Assembly: GCA_964304625.1 (NCBI GenBank)
Contig: OZ199839.1
Coordinates: 3,710,724 to 3,774,723 of the forward strand
Length of the DNA stretch: 64,000 nucleotides
Source: Kudoa neothunni
Lineage: Eukaryota > Animalia > Cnidaria
Reading direction: 5' to 3'
Shown: in pieces, positions 26,158 to 38,757 of the stretch
How the letters are laid out: every line of letters starts with the position of its first letter
How positions within the stretch are numbered: the stretch's first letter is position 1
Notes under the pieces: model-generated
Databases searched by the model: none
Seen by the model: the letters and a program-made list of their open reading frames with translations, nothing else
What the model was told of the DNA's origin: nothing
Program-made: the position numbers and the translations under genes

Positions 26158-26819
26158 CTATGGTTGGTGGATTACAACCCTTATAATCCACATGTTATAT
26201 TCCTCCGGACGTGATGAAGTCCAGGCTTGGAACTAACGTGGGAAAATCGAATGATGTACCGGCGATGGCGGGCGAAATGCTTGTAGGATGATGCAACGCG
26301 GTTGCATCTTGATCTTACATATTGGTGTTCAACGCGTGCCAGTTGCATTTTGATCTTGAAATACTGTATTAAGTATTCACTTCATCCTTCATGAATCATG
26401 GAGTGAATTATGCATTTAATTCTATATATTATGGCTGAAAATTTTCTTCATTTTAATTAATTTTTTCCTCTATAATGATTACATGATCCCACTTGAAGTT
26501 TTTTATTCCTTACATAATTGTAAATGATTTTACGCCTTATAATTATGCATTGACCTTTGAGCTCAATTGAAATTTTAACATTTTCCGTCGAGATGCTTGT
26601 TATAGGGATTTTCCACCAATCTCGTCACTTTTACAGTTTTAATTGCCCAGCTGCATTCGATGTAATCTTATTTCCTATTAAGCTGTCAACGTATTAAGTT
26701 TCGAATTTTAAAATATTCATTAAAAATATTCGACCATATTTTAATTACTTAAATACGCAAGTATACAAAAATGTATACAAATATATCCGAATGTAGATTA
26801 TTTTTCTTCATTTAAAAAA

Positions 26820-27260
26820 TATTCGATTTTCTTGAGCAAAAAGCAGAACTACTTTAAATGTAGCTGCTGTGAATAAAAACGGAGACATTTTAAGAGAAAC
26901 CCATGATAAAGCAATTACTAATGACTTTAAAATTTTCCTTATTGATATAAGAAACCGTTGTTGAATTGAAATAAAAAACTAATTTGTCATTATTATTAAT
27001 ATGGATAACGCAAGGATCCATCACAACTCTGGAACATAAACTGTGTTAATGGAGGTGAGTTTGATTATAAAATACTTACCATCATCTCCGTCTTTTTTAA
27101 TGTCATAAAATGCATTTTTTTTTGTGAAATTTTTTGTATTAGCTGATGTATCCATAATTAAAATGTACTTTAATTGAGTACCAGTAAATATTTTGGTTAA
27201 ATGAATTTATCATCTTGTGATTTCTTTCACACTAAAATGATGACATATTTTATAAATCAT
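26820..27260 (+). pseudogene. Tc1/IS630-like transposase remnant
   Basis: MDNARIHH at 27001, followed by KYLP..SP-like sequence; heavily disrupted. Confidence 0.65.
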
Positions 27261-29279
27261 CTCGAGGCGGAGAAATACATAAAAATAAGTTTTCTCGTTA
27301 TACTTTAAAAAATTTTTACCATTTTATTGTGTTTTTGAACATAAACTTTTTGAGATTAATTGAAAATATAATTATTTGGATAGCAACAATGACGAATGAT
27401 AATGCAAAGGTGCTGAGTTAGAGTGAGAAGCCTTATATAATTGTAAACAGTATTTTAAATAGACTATGGGGACACTTAATCTCTACTTTATAGAAATAAA
27501 CAACTATCGTTAAGAAAAATCCACTGGTTGAATCATTAAAACAAAAAGTAAGATGCCTATTTTTAGGGAATATAAACTAGAAATAAATCTATGCTACCAG
27601 ATTTATAATTTTAACCCTCCCTGTACTGCGTGGAAAAAAATCACACGAGTTCCGATAGGGTCCGTCCGGACCACCAAAAAAACTGTCTTAATGGTCTTTA
27701 ATTTCTTAGTTCCACGCCTTAAAAAATTCTTCAACTATTTATAAGATGTTCTGACTAAGCAATTAAATTGATTATGGAACGTTAGTAGGCTTAAAAACAG
27801 AGTCCTGTAATTCACAAATATCGGCTATTTAGAATTAAGAAAGAATTTAATGGTACAAAAATTAAAATTAAACATATTTTAATTAAAAAAAAGTAATTTG
27901 CAAAATGAAAACCATTTAAAAAGAAGAAATTATAAGTAAAATTGATGCGAGCGAACTGCAACAGAGGCAGCATGATCGTATAAAATGGGAAACAACAAAT
28001 CAACAATAAACGGGTTAAAATGAATAAAGATGTCTTATTTCTAATTTGTAATTTTCCATAATTTCTAAGGCATATATAAAGGAACAGTTCGAATTAACTC
28101 TTGATATTTGATGTATACGTTATTTTTTCAGACCTAATTTGTTATTAGAAAACTAGGTTTGTTGTGTTATTTCTGTTATGTAATTTTAATTTTCACTGTA
28201 CTGCTCTGCTTTAAAAATTTTTCTCTTAAATTTATTAATATAAGAAGTAGGTTTTCATAATTACAAAGTAGGTAAAACTGCAAAAATTCCATAATAAGCG
28301 AAGTTTCATCATTTACTCAATTAAATATTACATTCTAAATCTTTAAATCTACAATTATAAGAGAAAAATAAATTTTCTCAGTACATGTGTATTTTCCTTA
28401 CAAAGAAACATTCTTGTCTCTAAAGGCACAAAAATCATTAAAATTAGCCGATAATATAATATTCAAAAATGAATTGTTTTCATGCAATTCCAAGTGTTGT
28501 AAATTTTTTGATTAATATTTCTTAATAATCCAATGTAATTATTTTAAAGGGAGTTTAGGTTGTAAAACTAGTAGAACTGAACATTTTCAAGTCCGTCAAC
28601 CTATTTTCTAATATTAAATTCAGCCGGTCTATGCAGTGCAATGGTTTAAACCTTTCGACCTCATCGAGCCATTAAAGTCTAATGATTAGATTTTAACCGC
28701 TAGATCTATTACAAAATCTTCATCAAACCTCTCCTTGGTTATAATAATAAACTGTTGTGTCCATGTTAAGGCATCGAAATCCATGAAGTCTGCAAATAAA
28801 TAATTCGTTTTCATACATAATAATCACTATTTTAAATATTTAAAATAATAAATGTTTATACATGAATAGTCGAATTATTTATGTGTGTATATAAGAAAGA
28901 GTAGATATAAAATTTTATAGTTACATATATCGTAAAAATAGTTTGTTGTAAATTTAAAATTAAAAAATTCATAATTAGATTCAAAGTGTTATGTTTTAAA
29001 ATATTTATATCCCGAAAAATAAAATTATATAACCGTAATATCACAAACGAGTCGATAGAATCAGTTACCCCTATTAAATATTTCATATGAGAAATAGTTT
29101 TTTTTACAAAATAAAGATGCTGATAGATATTTTAACAATTATAAATCTTTCATAATGTTTCAATAACCTATATAAGGAAATAATTTGACGAAATATTGTT
29201 ATACGAAAAATCATTGATAATACTATTATTGTATGCTCTTTTCCGCACATAATTCAAGCATTCTACCACGATTTTCATT

Positions 29280-30000
29280 ATTTGTGTAAGTTTTGATGGA
29301 AAAGTTTGTGTCGCCAAGAAAAGTCTATGAAGGATACAATGTGTTACAACTATATGAGTGGCATCAGCTTACGTCAGCCCACCAAAACTAGTTTCACCTA
29401 TGATTGGTAGGGCACAATCTGTGCATATAGCAGACACCATATCCTAAGTGATGTAATGTTCTTATAAAAAGTCATTCCCAATCTTTTTTATCAAAAGCCT
29501 TTGTGGTCCGCATGATTATTCGAAAAAAGTCTTATTTTATATTATTTTGATGCGAATATCTCATAAATACGACTTGCTGACTCATACCAACAACACGCGT
29601 AGTATCATCGAGTCGGATGCTGAATATGAATGAACTTGAAGTCCGGATGCTACACTATCTGCAAAAATATGTCATTGCTCATACCCGTAATTCTGCTTCG
29701 TATAGTGTTAGCAGACAGTAAAACATGGGAAGACCTAATTTCGACATCCTTGTCTATAAGTTAAAACATGGGAAGGACCTAATTTCGACATCCTTGTCTA
29801 TAAGGATATTTTCCACTCTCATGGCAACTGGTTTCACTAATAATTTTACCGATTGTATGAAGTCTTTATAATTTCATAATCAAATACGAAATTTTGTATA
29901 ATGCCAATATATCGGTTGTTTCAACCGACACAAAACTCAAAGCATCTAAAGTTTTTTTCCTGACCAAATTTTCTTCTTTGAGCTGTAAAAATTGGTGACT
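29280..30000 (-). mobile_element. Probable Ty3/gypsy pol remnant (RT connection / RNase H)
   Basis: Minus-strand fragments YKDFIQ...KP, ASD, FASK and ADHKG occur in the order expected for gypsy RT-RNase H (YRRFI, DAS, FAS, TDHKPL). Very degenerate. Confidence 0.4.
29719..29804 (+). repeat. Tandem duplication of ~43 bp
   Basis: TAAAACATGGGAAG(G)ACCTAATTTCGACATCCTTGTCTATAAG occurs twice, differing by one indel. Confidence 0.95.
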
Positions 30001-30989
30001 GTTGCATTTTTACATTAACAGCCCGCATTAAGGTTTACAAAAAAAATTATCATATATAATCGCCAAATTCAGAATAATAGTAACAGTTCAAAAAAAGAAA
30101 GTTAGGTATTGCGAATAGAATAGTCTCATAAATTACGACAGATTTAAGGTATCGAATAATTGGTGGTAGTGGTTACATCAGTTCATTGTAAACTTGGCGC
30201 ACCACTTCTTCTTCTTCTATTGGGGGCAGAGGTTCACAATACTCGGAGTTCCAATAGCGTAGGAAATGATTCGAAGCTGAGGTCAACAAATGGCATTATA
30301 TCGTCCTTGTAAGTCTTGGGTAGTGGGCGTCGAACATAATCACCAATACCACAAGTTAACTGGAAGTATGAAGGATTAATATTATTCGTACTGACCCATA
30401 ATTTGGACTCAGAAACTGCCAATTTACTATGCCACAATTTCGCAAAAGGTATTTCAGGTAATGACTTGTTTTTTATGTCAAATATTTTCTAGAAAAAACT
30501 CATGTTACGTTATAAAAAAGTTATACAATAGATATTCCTTCATATGCTCCTAGCTTTTGCAAATCACTGAGTATCGATTTCACATGGATAGCTTTCTTGT
30601 CTAAGATAATGCTGACTTCTACTTTTCGAACAATTGCAGCCTGCTTGAGAGCATTATCAACAGATGTATCCAACCTTGATAAATAAACGTTAGTTATAAA
30701 ATGAATATATAGGAGTATAAACCATTAAGGTATAAATAATAAAGTAACAGGAATTAATTTGTGATAAAAATTGTTATTTAAAGCGAAAAACAAATAAAAA
30801 TAACAAGTTGAGGTTGTAGAAGACCTTAATGATGAAAGAGATTCAAAGGTATAGTACAGTACTGTAACTCGCCAACTCTTTATAACAACTGTGCAACGGG
30901 ACATTTGTATTCGATTTATAATTAATTCTTTATTTCACAGTTAAAAACTCTATCCTTTGTGAGACGTCAATTTTCACGAATCTTATTAC

Positions 30990-31600
30990 ATTATATGCGA
31001 ATTATTAACTCGAAAATATCTCATGATAAATGTGTTAATTTTATATGAAATATCATTCTTTTTAACCTTTAATTTTCTAATTTTCTTTTTAACATTAAAT
31101 GTTGAGTTCAAGAAAATTTCAGGTGAATATTTCGGGATGAAAATACTCCCATGATGTGCCCATTCATAAGAATCATGGAAGCGCAATAGATATGCTGATT
31201 AGATATTAAATCCTAATTAGAAAGAGTTTTTAAATATTTTATAACTCAGCTTTTTATATAAATGTATAGTTTAGAGAAAAATGATGAGTTCATAAATTAC
31301 ATATGAGGTTTGGTGAAGGGGTCATAAACAGCGTATTCGTATGATGTCATATAGATTTTATTTTTGGCCGAGTTAATCACTTCTAAAAGAGCCAATTTAT
31401 CATTTCTGATGTCGTCTTTTCTTCCAAACCAATAAGGGACTGCACGACACCTGTACTGGCGAATATGACAATAACTCCCGGGGTTTAGTACGGAAAGATA
31501 GAGGGCATTTCTGTTTTTAAAATCTCCGCAAACTTGCTATCAATCGCATTATTAGCTGACTCCAAAAAATAAAGCATTCAGTTTCTCCATAATGTGGAGA
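30990..31600 (-). pseudogene. Tc1/IS630-like transposase remnant
   Basis: RFH...IFIPKYSPE..NSTF..KKKIRK (ORF 30986-31186) matches the DN.RFH / F.P.YSP.LN C-terminal DDE_3 segment. Confidence 0.5.
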
Positions 31601-32951
31601 ACGGTTCTTTCCTACTATACCAGTCTCAACGATCTACATCTCAGCATAAGACATCAACAGACAAACAGCTAATAACCACCTCACTATAGGACCTCCAATC
31701 CATATTAGAACTTCCAACATAGAAATATTTGTCATCAATAATCCACAGTTTTTGTGTGACAAATGCCACCCAGTAAAGTCTGGAGTTTTTATTTTTTCAT
31801 GTCAATGAATCCAATATTCACATTATTGCCGATAGGCACTTTGCAAGTCGGTCAAATCAATATCTTCAAGTCCTGGGCCTCTCAAATTTGCCAAGAGATG
31901 GATGGAAACTCCTACAATACCCAAAAAGCTAGTGGATACAATGGAAGATTGACATTTTATTTAACCTCGTTTAGCAGCTTCCTCAAGCCGTTTGTATATC
32001 TCTTCTCCAACATCAGCAGTTTTGAAAAGGACCTCCCTTCAACAATCTTTTCCTCTGAGTGTGAAGTAAAAACTGATGGCTTTTCACAGACATTTTTGCT
32101 TTGGTTAGCATTTTAATTATGCTTTCACCTATTTTTGGAGATATTTTGACATCCGGAGGAAAAATGACAATCTGCAGGGCACACTTTCTACAAAATAATA
32201 TTTTGAATGTTCCTTATTCGCATCTAGAAAAATGGGATGAGAAATATGAAGAAATCCCCCAACTTCACCTACCAATCACATCCACTCTAACCATTTTGTT
32301 TACGGGCGTAATGCGGGGGTGTTAACACCTTAACGAAATATAATCAAAGTTCCTCTTTACATTCATTATATAGATTAGATTGATGATTGTTGTTTGTTTA
32401 TAGCATAGGAAAATAAACCAATGTTATGAAATGATTTCATCTAACTTTCTTATTTAATTTTTACTAGAGTTACCTATAAATTAGAATATATTTATAATAT
32501 AATTTTTTATGAACTCGTATTTTACGTGTAAATATTACTTATACGAAGGTCCACTGAGGTGGTTGTTACGACTTTAAAAAATTTCTAGCTGATGTGATGT
32601 AAACATACATTTGTCAATCAACTGAATCTAATCCCTGGAAAAATAACACTTGAGTGTGATCGACTATTTACACGCGTATGAAATAAAAATGCTCCTTCTC
32701 AATACACACTCTTAACTTAAAATAATGACATTTAAAAAATATAATAGGGTTTTTTTTATTTAATGTTTTTAGGGAATTTCGAAATCTAAAAATATAGATG
32801 TATCCCAAGATGGTGATGGTCTAATTCGCGTTAATCCTGTTTTATTGCAAAGCTACCAGCCATTAATAATGCACAGTCCCATATCAAAATAAACATCTCA
32901 ACAAACGGATGGTTGGGTTCTAATCTTGAGTTTAAAATTAATAAGTTCCTA

Positions 32952-33667
32952 TTAACCATTGCGGGACGAAGCGTAGTCAATTCTGACCCCAATTTCAGTT
33001 ATTTCGGGGTTTTTACCGTTCAAGCATTTGTATATTTCGTTCACGTTTCATAAATATCCTGTAAATGAAATAACGTTTAAATTTTTTGTTTCAAAATTTC
33101 AAAAATATTTTTATAATACAAATAATTATTGATTTTTTTGAAGGGCATGTTGTTGACATACCTAGAAAAAGGGGGTTATTTCAGAGTTCGGATTATATAT
33201 ATTATTTAATAAAAATATTAAAACTTTTGTATATTAATTTTATCATAATTTCGTATCTGTTGGTGATTATTACCGACACGTTAAGGGGATTATCTCAGGA
33301 TTAAATACTCAAATTTGAATCCCTCTTCATCGTTTTAACGCGTATTAAGTCGGCAATTTTTCACCTTTGAATGAGTTTTGGATGGACTTTGACCCCAGGA
33401 TAGAATTAGTAGATTTACGAATAAATTACTTCATCAAAAACGACAAAAATATTAAAATTTGTTAAATATAATAATCTACAGTAATGGACCGCTCGTACGT
33501 ACATTAGTTATTTTACATTTTAAAGGTTCCCGAGTATTAAAAATGATTTAACGTTATTATTACTTGATTTGAATAATTTATAAGCGTAATTAATACGAAA
33601 AAACGAAAAATAAAAAGTCACATGAGGATCGGTCGTACGTACCTTCCTTCTTCGACCGCGAGATTAA
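32952..33667. mobile_element. Possible piggyBac-type MITE
   Basis: TTAA at both ends; degenerate TIRs CCATTGCGGGACGAAG vs (reverse complement) TCTCGCGGTCGAAG; internal direct repeat GGAYCGSTCGTACGTAC. Confidence 0.35.
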
Positions 33668-33788
33668 ATTAAGTGTTTTATTTCTTTTTTTACCACAATT
33701 AAATAATTAGTAAGTTTTTATTGTTACATCGATGTGGTAGTTAGTTGAAAAATGAAGGATGCACATAGACACATGTTGTAGATACATA

Positions 33789-34914
33789 CAGTGGGTGACG
33801 GGTAATACGCACTTTCGGAGCACATTCGTATATTCAAAATTCAATTATTTTTTGATTGTTACTGAAATAATTTACTTTGGAGAACATCTATTAATTTGAC
33901 TTGTTTGTTGCACTCCATGCATACGTTATTCAAATCTTCTTCTAAGTTTTAAGTGTACTTTTAGAAATAAATTGAACCATTTTTTGTTTTAAATCCCTTT
34001 ATACATTTGAGACTTTATATATTTTTATTACAAGGGAAACACGTGTTTTAATTCAAAAAAAGGTCATGCCCCCGATAGCACATGAGTCAATAATGTTAAT
34101 ACTCAACAGAGACATTCAAATGGTTGTTGTGATTTAGATATTTATTAATCAACCGGTTATAAATAGGATTCACTAATGTCTCTTGGATAACTGGAAAATT
34201 TAGTTTTTTTTTTCATCGTCTTTGTTTCGATATATAATACTTTTTAAATGATACATCAATAATGATTTAAGTGGTTGAAAATCGTCCTGTTCAACCAAAA
34301 AGATTTCATTCTCTACTATTAATATTTCCTGTATAGAAATTTGCAACAAAATTGAATCACATTTAAAAATAATTTCCGGTGTGTAATAACTCTGAAATTT
34401 TGACCTTACTCGAATAATCCGTTTGCAGATTTTCCGTTGGATTCATCGTTTGTTCAGCTTTTCAATATTTATAGTTCCATTTTCATATAACTCCATAATT
34501 TGTGATTTCATGGATAGGTTACTATTTAAAATTAATATGAGTATAACAACATAATTTTAAATGGTGTAGCTTTAATTTTTTTATATTAACTTCAAATATT
34601 TTTTTGCTCTGTATTTTTTATTTTTTATAAGCATATAAAGATTTATATCAACCATTCATACAAATCAAATTGTACCTGCGCGCGATTTAATCAATTTCAG
34701 GGAAATTATGCGTATTACCCAATATTGCGTGTAACTTACAATATTTTATTGATTTTTTTAGAATTATTTTTCAGGTGTGATAACTCACCTAAATTAAGTT
34801 TATAAACGTCAAGTTAAATAATGTGTTCAACAAGTAGTAAATTCTCTATGAACAAGCAAAAGTACGTACAATTTCCTCATCTCAAAGGGATTACATGCGA
34901 CTGATCCATCACTG
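33789..34914 (-). mobile_element. Decayed, internally deleted relative of the Tigger-like family at 43279
   Basis: Starts TA-CAGTGGGTGACGGGTAATACGCACTTT, nearly identical to the 43279 TIR. Subterminal GGAAATTATGCGTATTA matches the reverse complement of 43461-43480. Ends CACTG-TA. Confidence 0.7.
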
Positions 34915-36233
34915 TATATCTAGAAAATTTTCGTAGACGTAAACCTGATTAATTAATTACGTGGCCACCTGGCCATTTTTTATCTTATTTTAGTTTTGAT
35001 TACCTTTAATTGCGCAAAATTATCATTAATTTATAAATTAACGAACTGTATTTATAACAAAATAATGCATTAATCAAGCACAGTTTACTTTATAAATCTC
35101 TCGTTCCATTTTTTTCTTTGTATTTATCCATTAATTATATTACTTATTCAATTAATATCTACAAGAAAAAAAAAGATTTCAATTTTGTTTGATTAATGTA
35201 TTGAAATTATTGAGCATGAGTCACAAATACGAGTGTTGACCAACTGGGTTCATAAAGCGTCAGGTCATTTGAATGTTGACGCACTTTATTTTTTAAGTTT
35301 GACATGCCATAAAATAATTTACATGGAATTATTGAAAGAAAAAAGTATGAGTAAAAATGCAATTAACTGAACTGGATTGATCGTTCTGTGTCTAATGTGC
35401 ATTTCGATTTTAAATAAACAAGAGAAAAAATCGCACCTCCATAACAATTTCTTATTATTATTTTTCCATAAATAGTTGTTAAATGTTGTAGTGATTTCTA
35501 TTTATTTAATCAGCCCAAACAATTTGGGCCGAATTAAACATTAAAATCCGCATTCAATATTGAAATAGCTCTATTTTAGATTCTATATATTGTAGGCATG
35601 ATTGTAATAAATCCCTAAGAAGGTTTTGTTAAGTATAATTTATCATATTTTCAATATATGAACATGTATATTCAAAAATTTTATTTTATTTTAAATAAGT
35701 TGAAAGGGAATTAATTTTGTGTTTTGTCTAATTTTTTAACTACTGTCATTATTTATAATTATAAAATATATCTACTCCTAGAAAAAAAATACTTATGCTA
35801 AAACTCAATCTATGTTAAAAACTTTTAACGCTTTGGCCTTGAATAATTTTAGATTTTGAATTGTTTTGAAAATGAGAATTTGACAACAAACTCGGGGCGC
35901 ATGCACAAAAAAATTAACGGCGTAAGCATATTTATTATATTAAGATATTGTGTACAAATCTGAAACAGAATAAAATTTCAATTCATTTCAAGACGGAATG
36001 AAATTTTTTACATAATTATGATACATAAAAATAGGATTTTTATTTAATTCTCATTTATTCCTGGAATTTGACGATAGTGGCTTTAAAAAAAGTTGTTGAA
36101 CATTTTAATTTGTTATAAATATTGATTTTAACGTAATATATTATACTCAGGCGGAAACATAAAATTTCGACAAGGAAAGGTTAAAAGATTATAAATAAAT
36201 AAACTATACAAACAGTTTGGCTGTTATTCAATA

Positions 36234-36899
36234 TTAGACTGATGGATTGAATCCTCGAACCTGGGAAATATTTGGTTTCGGTAATGTGTTTGTACCATTG
36301 GTGGGATGATCGAAACCAAGGTTTTCAATGACAATGCCAGGATGACTAGAAAACTCATCTAGTAAGGTCATGGAACAGCCTGGTTGTAATGTGGTCCCAG
36401 CTAGTCGGGAATCCAATTCTAAACCATCAATCGATATAGCTAGGTCGGCATGAATAGGTGAATTTTCCTCGACGGGTTCCCAATCATCTGGGGGAGAGAC
36501 TGGGGGAGAAAGGAGAAACAGATTTTTGGGAGCAGGCAACTGCAAATTGGTCGTAACATTCTGTCTTTTGGAGTGGGCGTCATACACGATCCAACGATAT
36601 CCAATATGAAAACCTTCAATTTCGTAGTTTTGGAATTCATAGGAAAGTTTTAATGGAGTATTCATACTGGGAATTCCTTCATGATTAAGGTAGATTATTA
36701 CTTTGTGAAAGCTTTTGAAAAAAATCAAATCGAGAATGGGCTCAGGGGCGTCCTCGGCCACACGTTGTCGAAGAATCTGTAAAATTGTATTTATATTAAA
36801 AATAGCATTACTACTTACTGAGTTAAATTTTTGATCGTCAAAAAATATATCTGGTACATTGCGGAGAATAATTTGATCGCAGCTATCGATATCAATCAT
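36234..36899 (-). CDS. RCAN: Calcipressin / regulator of calcineurin (single-exon CDS)
   Basis: RRM-like FFKSFHKVII, signature LPAPKNLFLLSPPVSPPDDWEPVEENSP (FLISPPxSPP), and a PxIxIT-like PGIVIE. Confidence 0.9.
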   Translation of the reverse strand: MIDIDSCDQIILRNVPDIFFDDQKFNSVSSNAIFNINTILQILRQRVAEDAPEPILDLIFFKSFHKVIIYLNHEGIPSMNTPLKLSYEFQNYEIEGFHIGYRWIVYDAHSKRQNVTTNLQLPAPKNLFLLSPPVSPPDDWEPVEENSPIHADLAISIDGLELDSRLAGTTLQPGCSMTLLDEFSSHPGIVIENLGFDHPTNGTNTLPKPNISQVRGFNPSV

Positions 36900-38757
36900 T
36901 ATGTAACGTGTTGATTGATTCGAATGGCTGTGTGCTATTGAGGGTAGCTGATTAGGGGAATTAACCCGAGAATAAATGAGGTCTAAATATTACTACTTAA
37001 GTATCTAAAGATAACGATGGGTGGTTGAGTTGTATTTTTATCTCTAATAAGCTATCAGCCCAAATTGAGTGTTTACAACTTGGCACCGATGATTGGGTTA
37101 AGTAAAATTCTCTAAGCAGATTAAATAATATATTTCCCAACTTATTACAAAAATAATTTCGAACGAACACTCAATTTGTATACATAAATTGAATCAGTTG
37201 GAAGACTGTATTCAATAATTTATTGATTATCGTTTCGTCTATATAATTCATATGGAAAAATTACGCTGTCCCGATTCTTATAGGTAAAGCTGTATCTGAG
37301 CGTTTTCGACAACATTCGAAAACAGCTAATAATATTCTAAAAATACAATTGGATATATGAATTGATTGGATCGGAAATTAATTGGTTAGCTCAATGGTCA
37401 TTTATTAATATTAGGAATGTAGTATCACTTCCATTTATGCAATTAATTTTATATTCACTATCGTTTCTTTGATTCTATGCCAAGTTTCAATGATCAAATG
37501 AAAGATCAACATTCAAATCAATATTTAATAAATATTCATGCAATCATGTATAAAATAATACGAATAAGTGAATACATGAACATCTCCCATTATTTTGAAA
37601 AAAATAGGAAATATCAAAAAATTATAGACGCAAAAAATAAAATATTACTCCAATTTTATTTTCTATCGCATTCGAAAATCATGGAAAAATAGTTTAATAC
37701 AAATTGAGCCTAATTAGCACAAATAGCTAATAACGTATTAATAACTCGCAAGTTATTAATTCCAATTTTTTGTGGGAAATCTAAATGTGTCTAGATAACT
37801 CTTGTTAGCACAATACACCACATTTGGCAAACATTGTAAAATCAAACACATCAAGAGGTGTTAGTCATCGCCGAGCATCGCCGTTATTCGCTAGTCTAGC
37901 GATTTATATCGTTCGTAGTTTTGAGGATTTTTCCTTGGATTCTTCATCGTTATTAATCAACCTCAAGACAACTATTGGGTAACTTCATTTCTATCGGTTT
38001 AAAGTGCTCTAATGTGTAGATCAGGCTAACCTCATATGGGGATTTCTGCAAAATTCTCTTCTAGGTTAGTCTGATCTTTGAAGTATAATGGGTCTGTAAA
38101 CAAATAAAGGAATATTTTTAAAATTAAGCAGTTTTAGTTAAAACTTTCCGTTTTGACTCAGTCGTTTATGATAATTAATATTGGCTTAATAGAATTGAGT
38201 ATCAATTGTTTCCGTTGATATAGTTAATACGATATCCTTTGTTGTTTTTAACTGATAATTATTACATTTTTTATATTTTTTAATTCAAATTAATAATTTT
38301 TAATGTCTATAACAATTATTTATAACATTATGATGAGCATGTCTGTTTTTATGACATAACTCGACTCTACAAATATTGCAATTTCTTTTATCAACTGTTA
38401 TATCGTGGAATTATTTAGTTTATTTTTCTCAAAGATCAACCTAAACATTTATTTATTAGTTGAATATTTTCACAATCTATATCCGTTTGGATTTAGAGGC
38501 AGTCATCGATTCGAATCAATAGTCTGTAGTCTTTTGTTAAAATAAATTTTTACGGTAATGATTAACATAATAAAATTACTAAGTATTGGACAGATGTTGG
38601 ATGTTATGATGTGTGCTTGTTTAACATTATCTATTTCAACTGCGCGAATTGCTCTAATAGTTTAAAACTATTTTCCGTTGTTTATCGAATATATCAATAT
38701 TTTATCTAGTCTTGAAGTAAATTCCAATTTCCAAACTTCTTGAAACAACAAAAAACC

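Noticed and set aside
27611-28018. TTAACCC...GGGTTAA piggyBac-like MITE
   Set aside because: Only the terminal CCC/GGG match; no extended TIR.
31700-32330. Coding-like segment with a CRKC motif (similar YCRKC at ~23900)
   Set aside because: Possibly a transposase cysteine-rich relic, but interrupted and not assignable to a family by eye.
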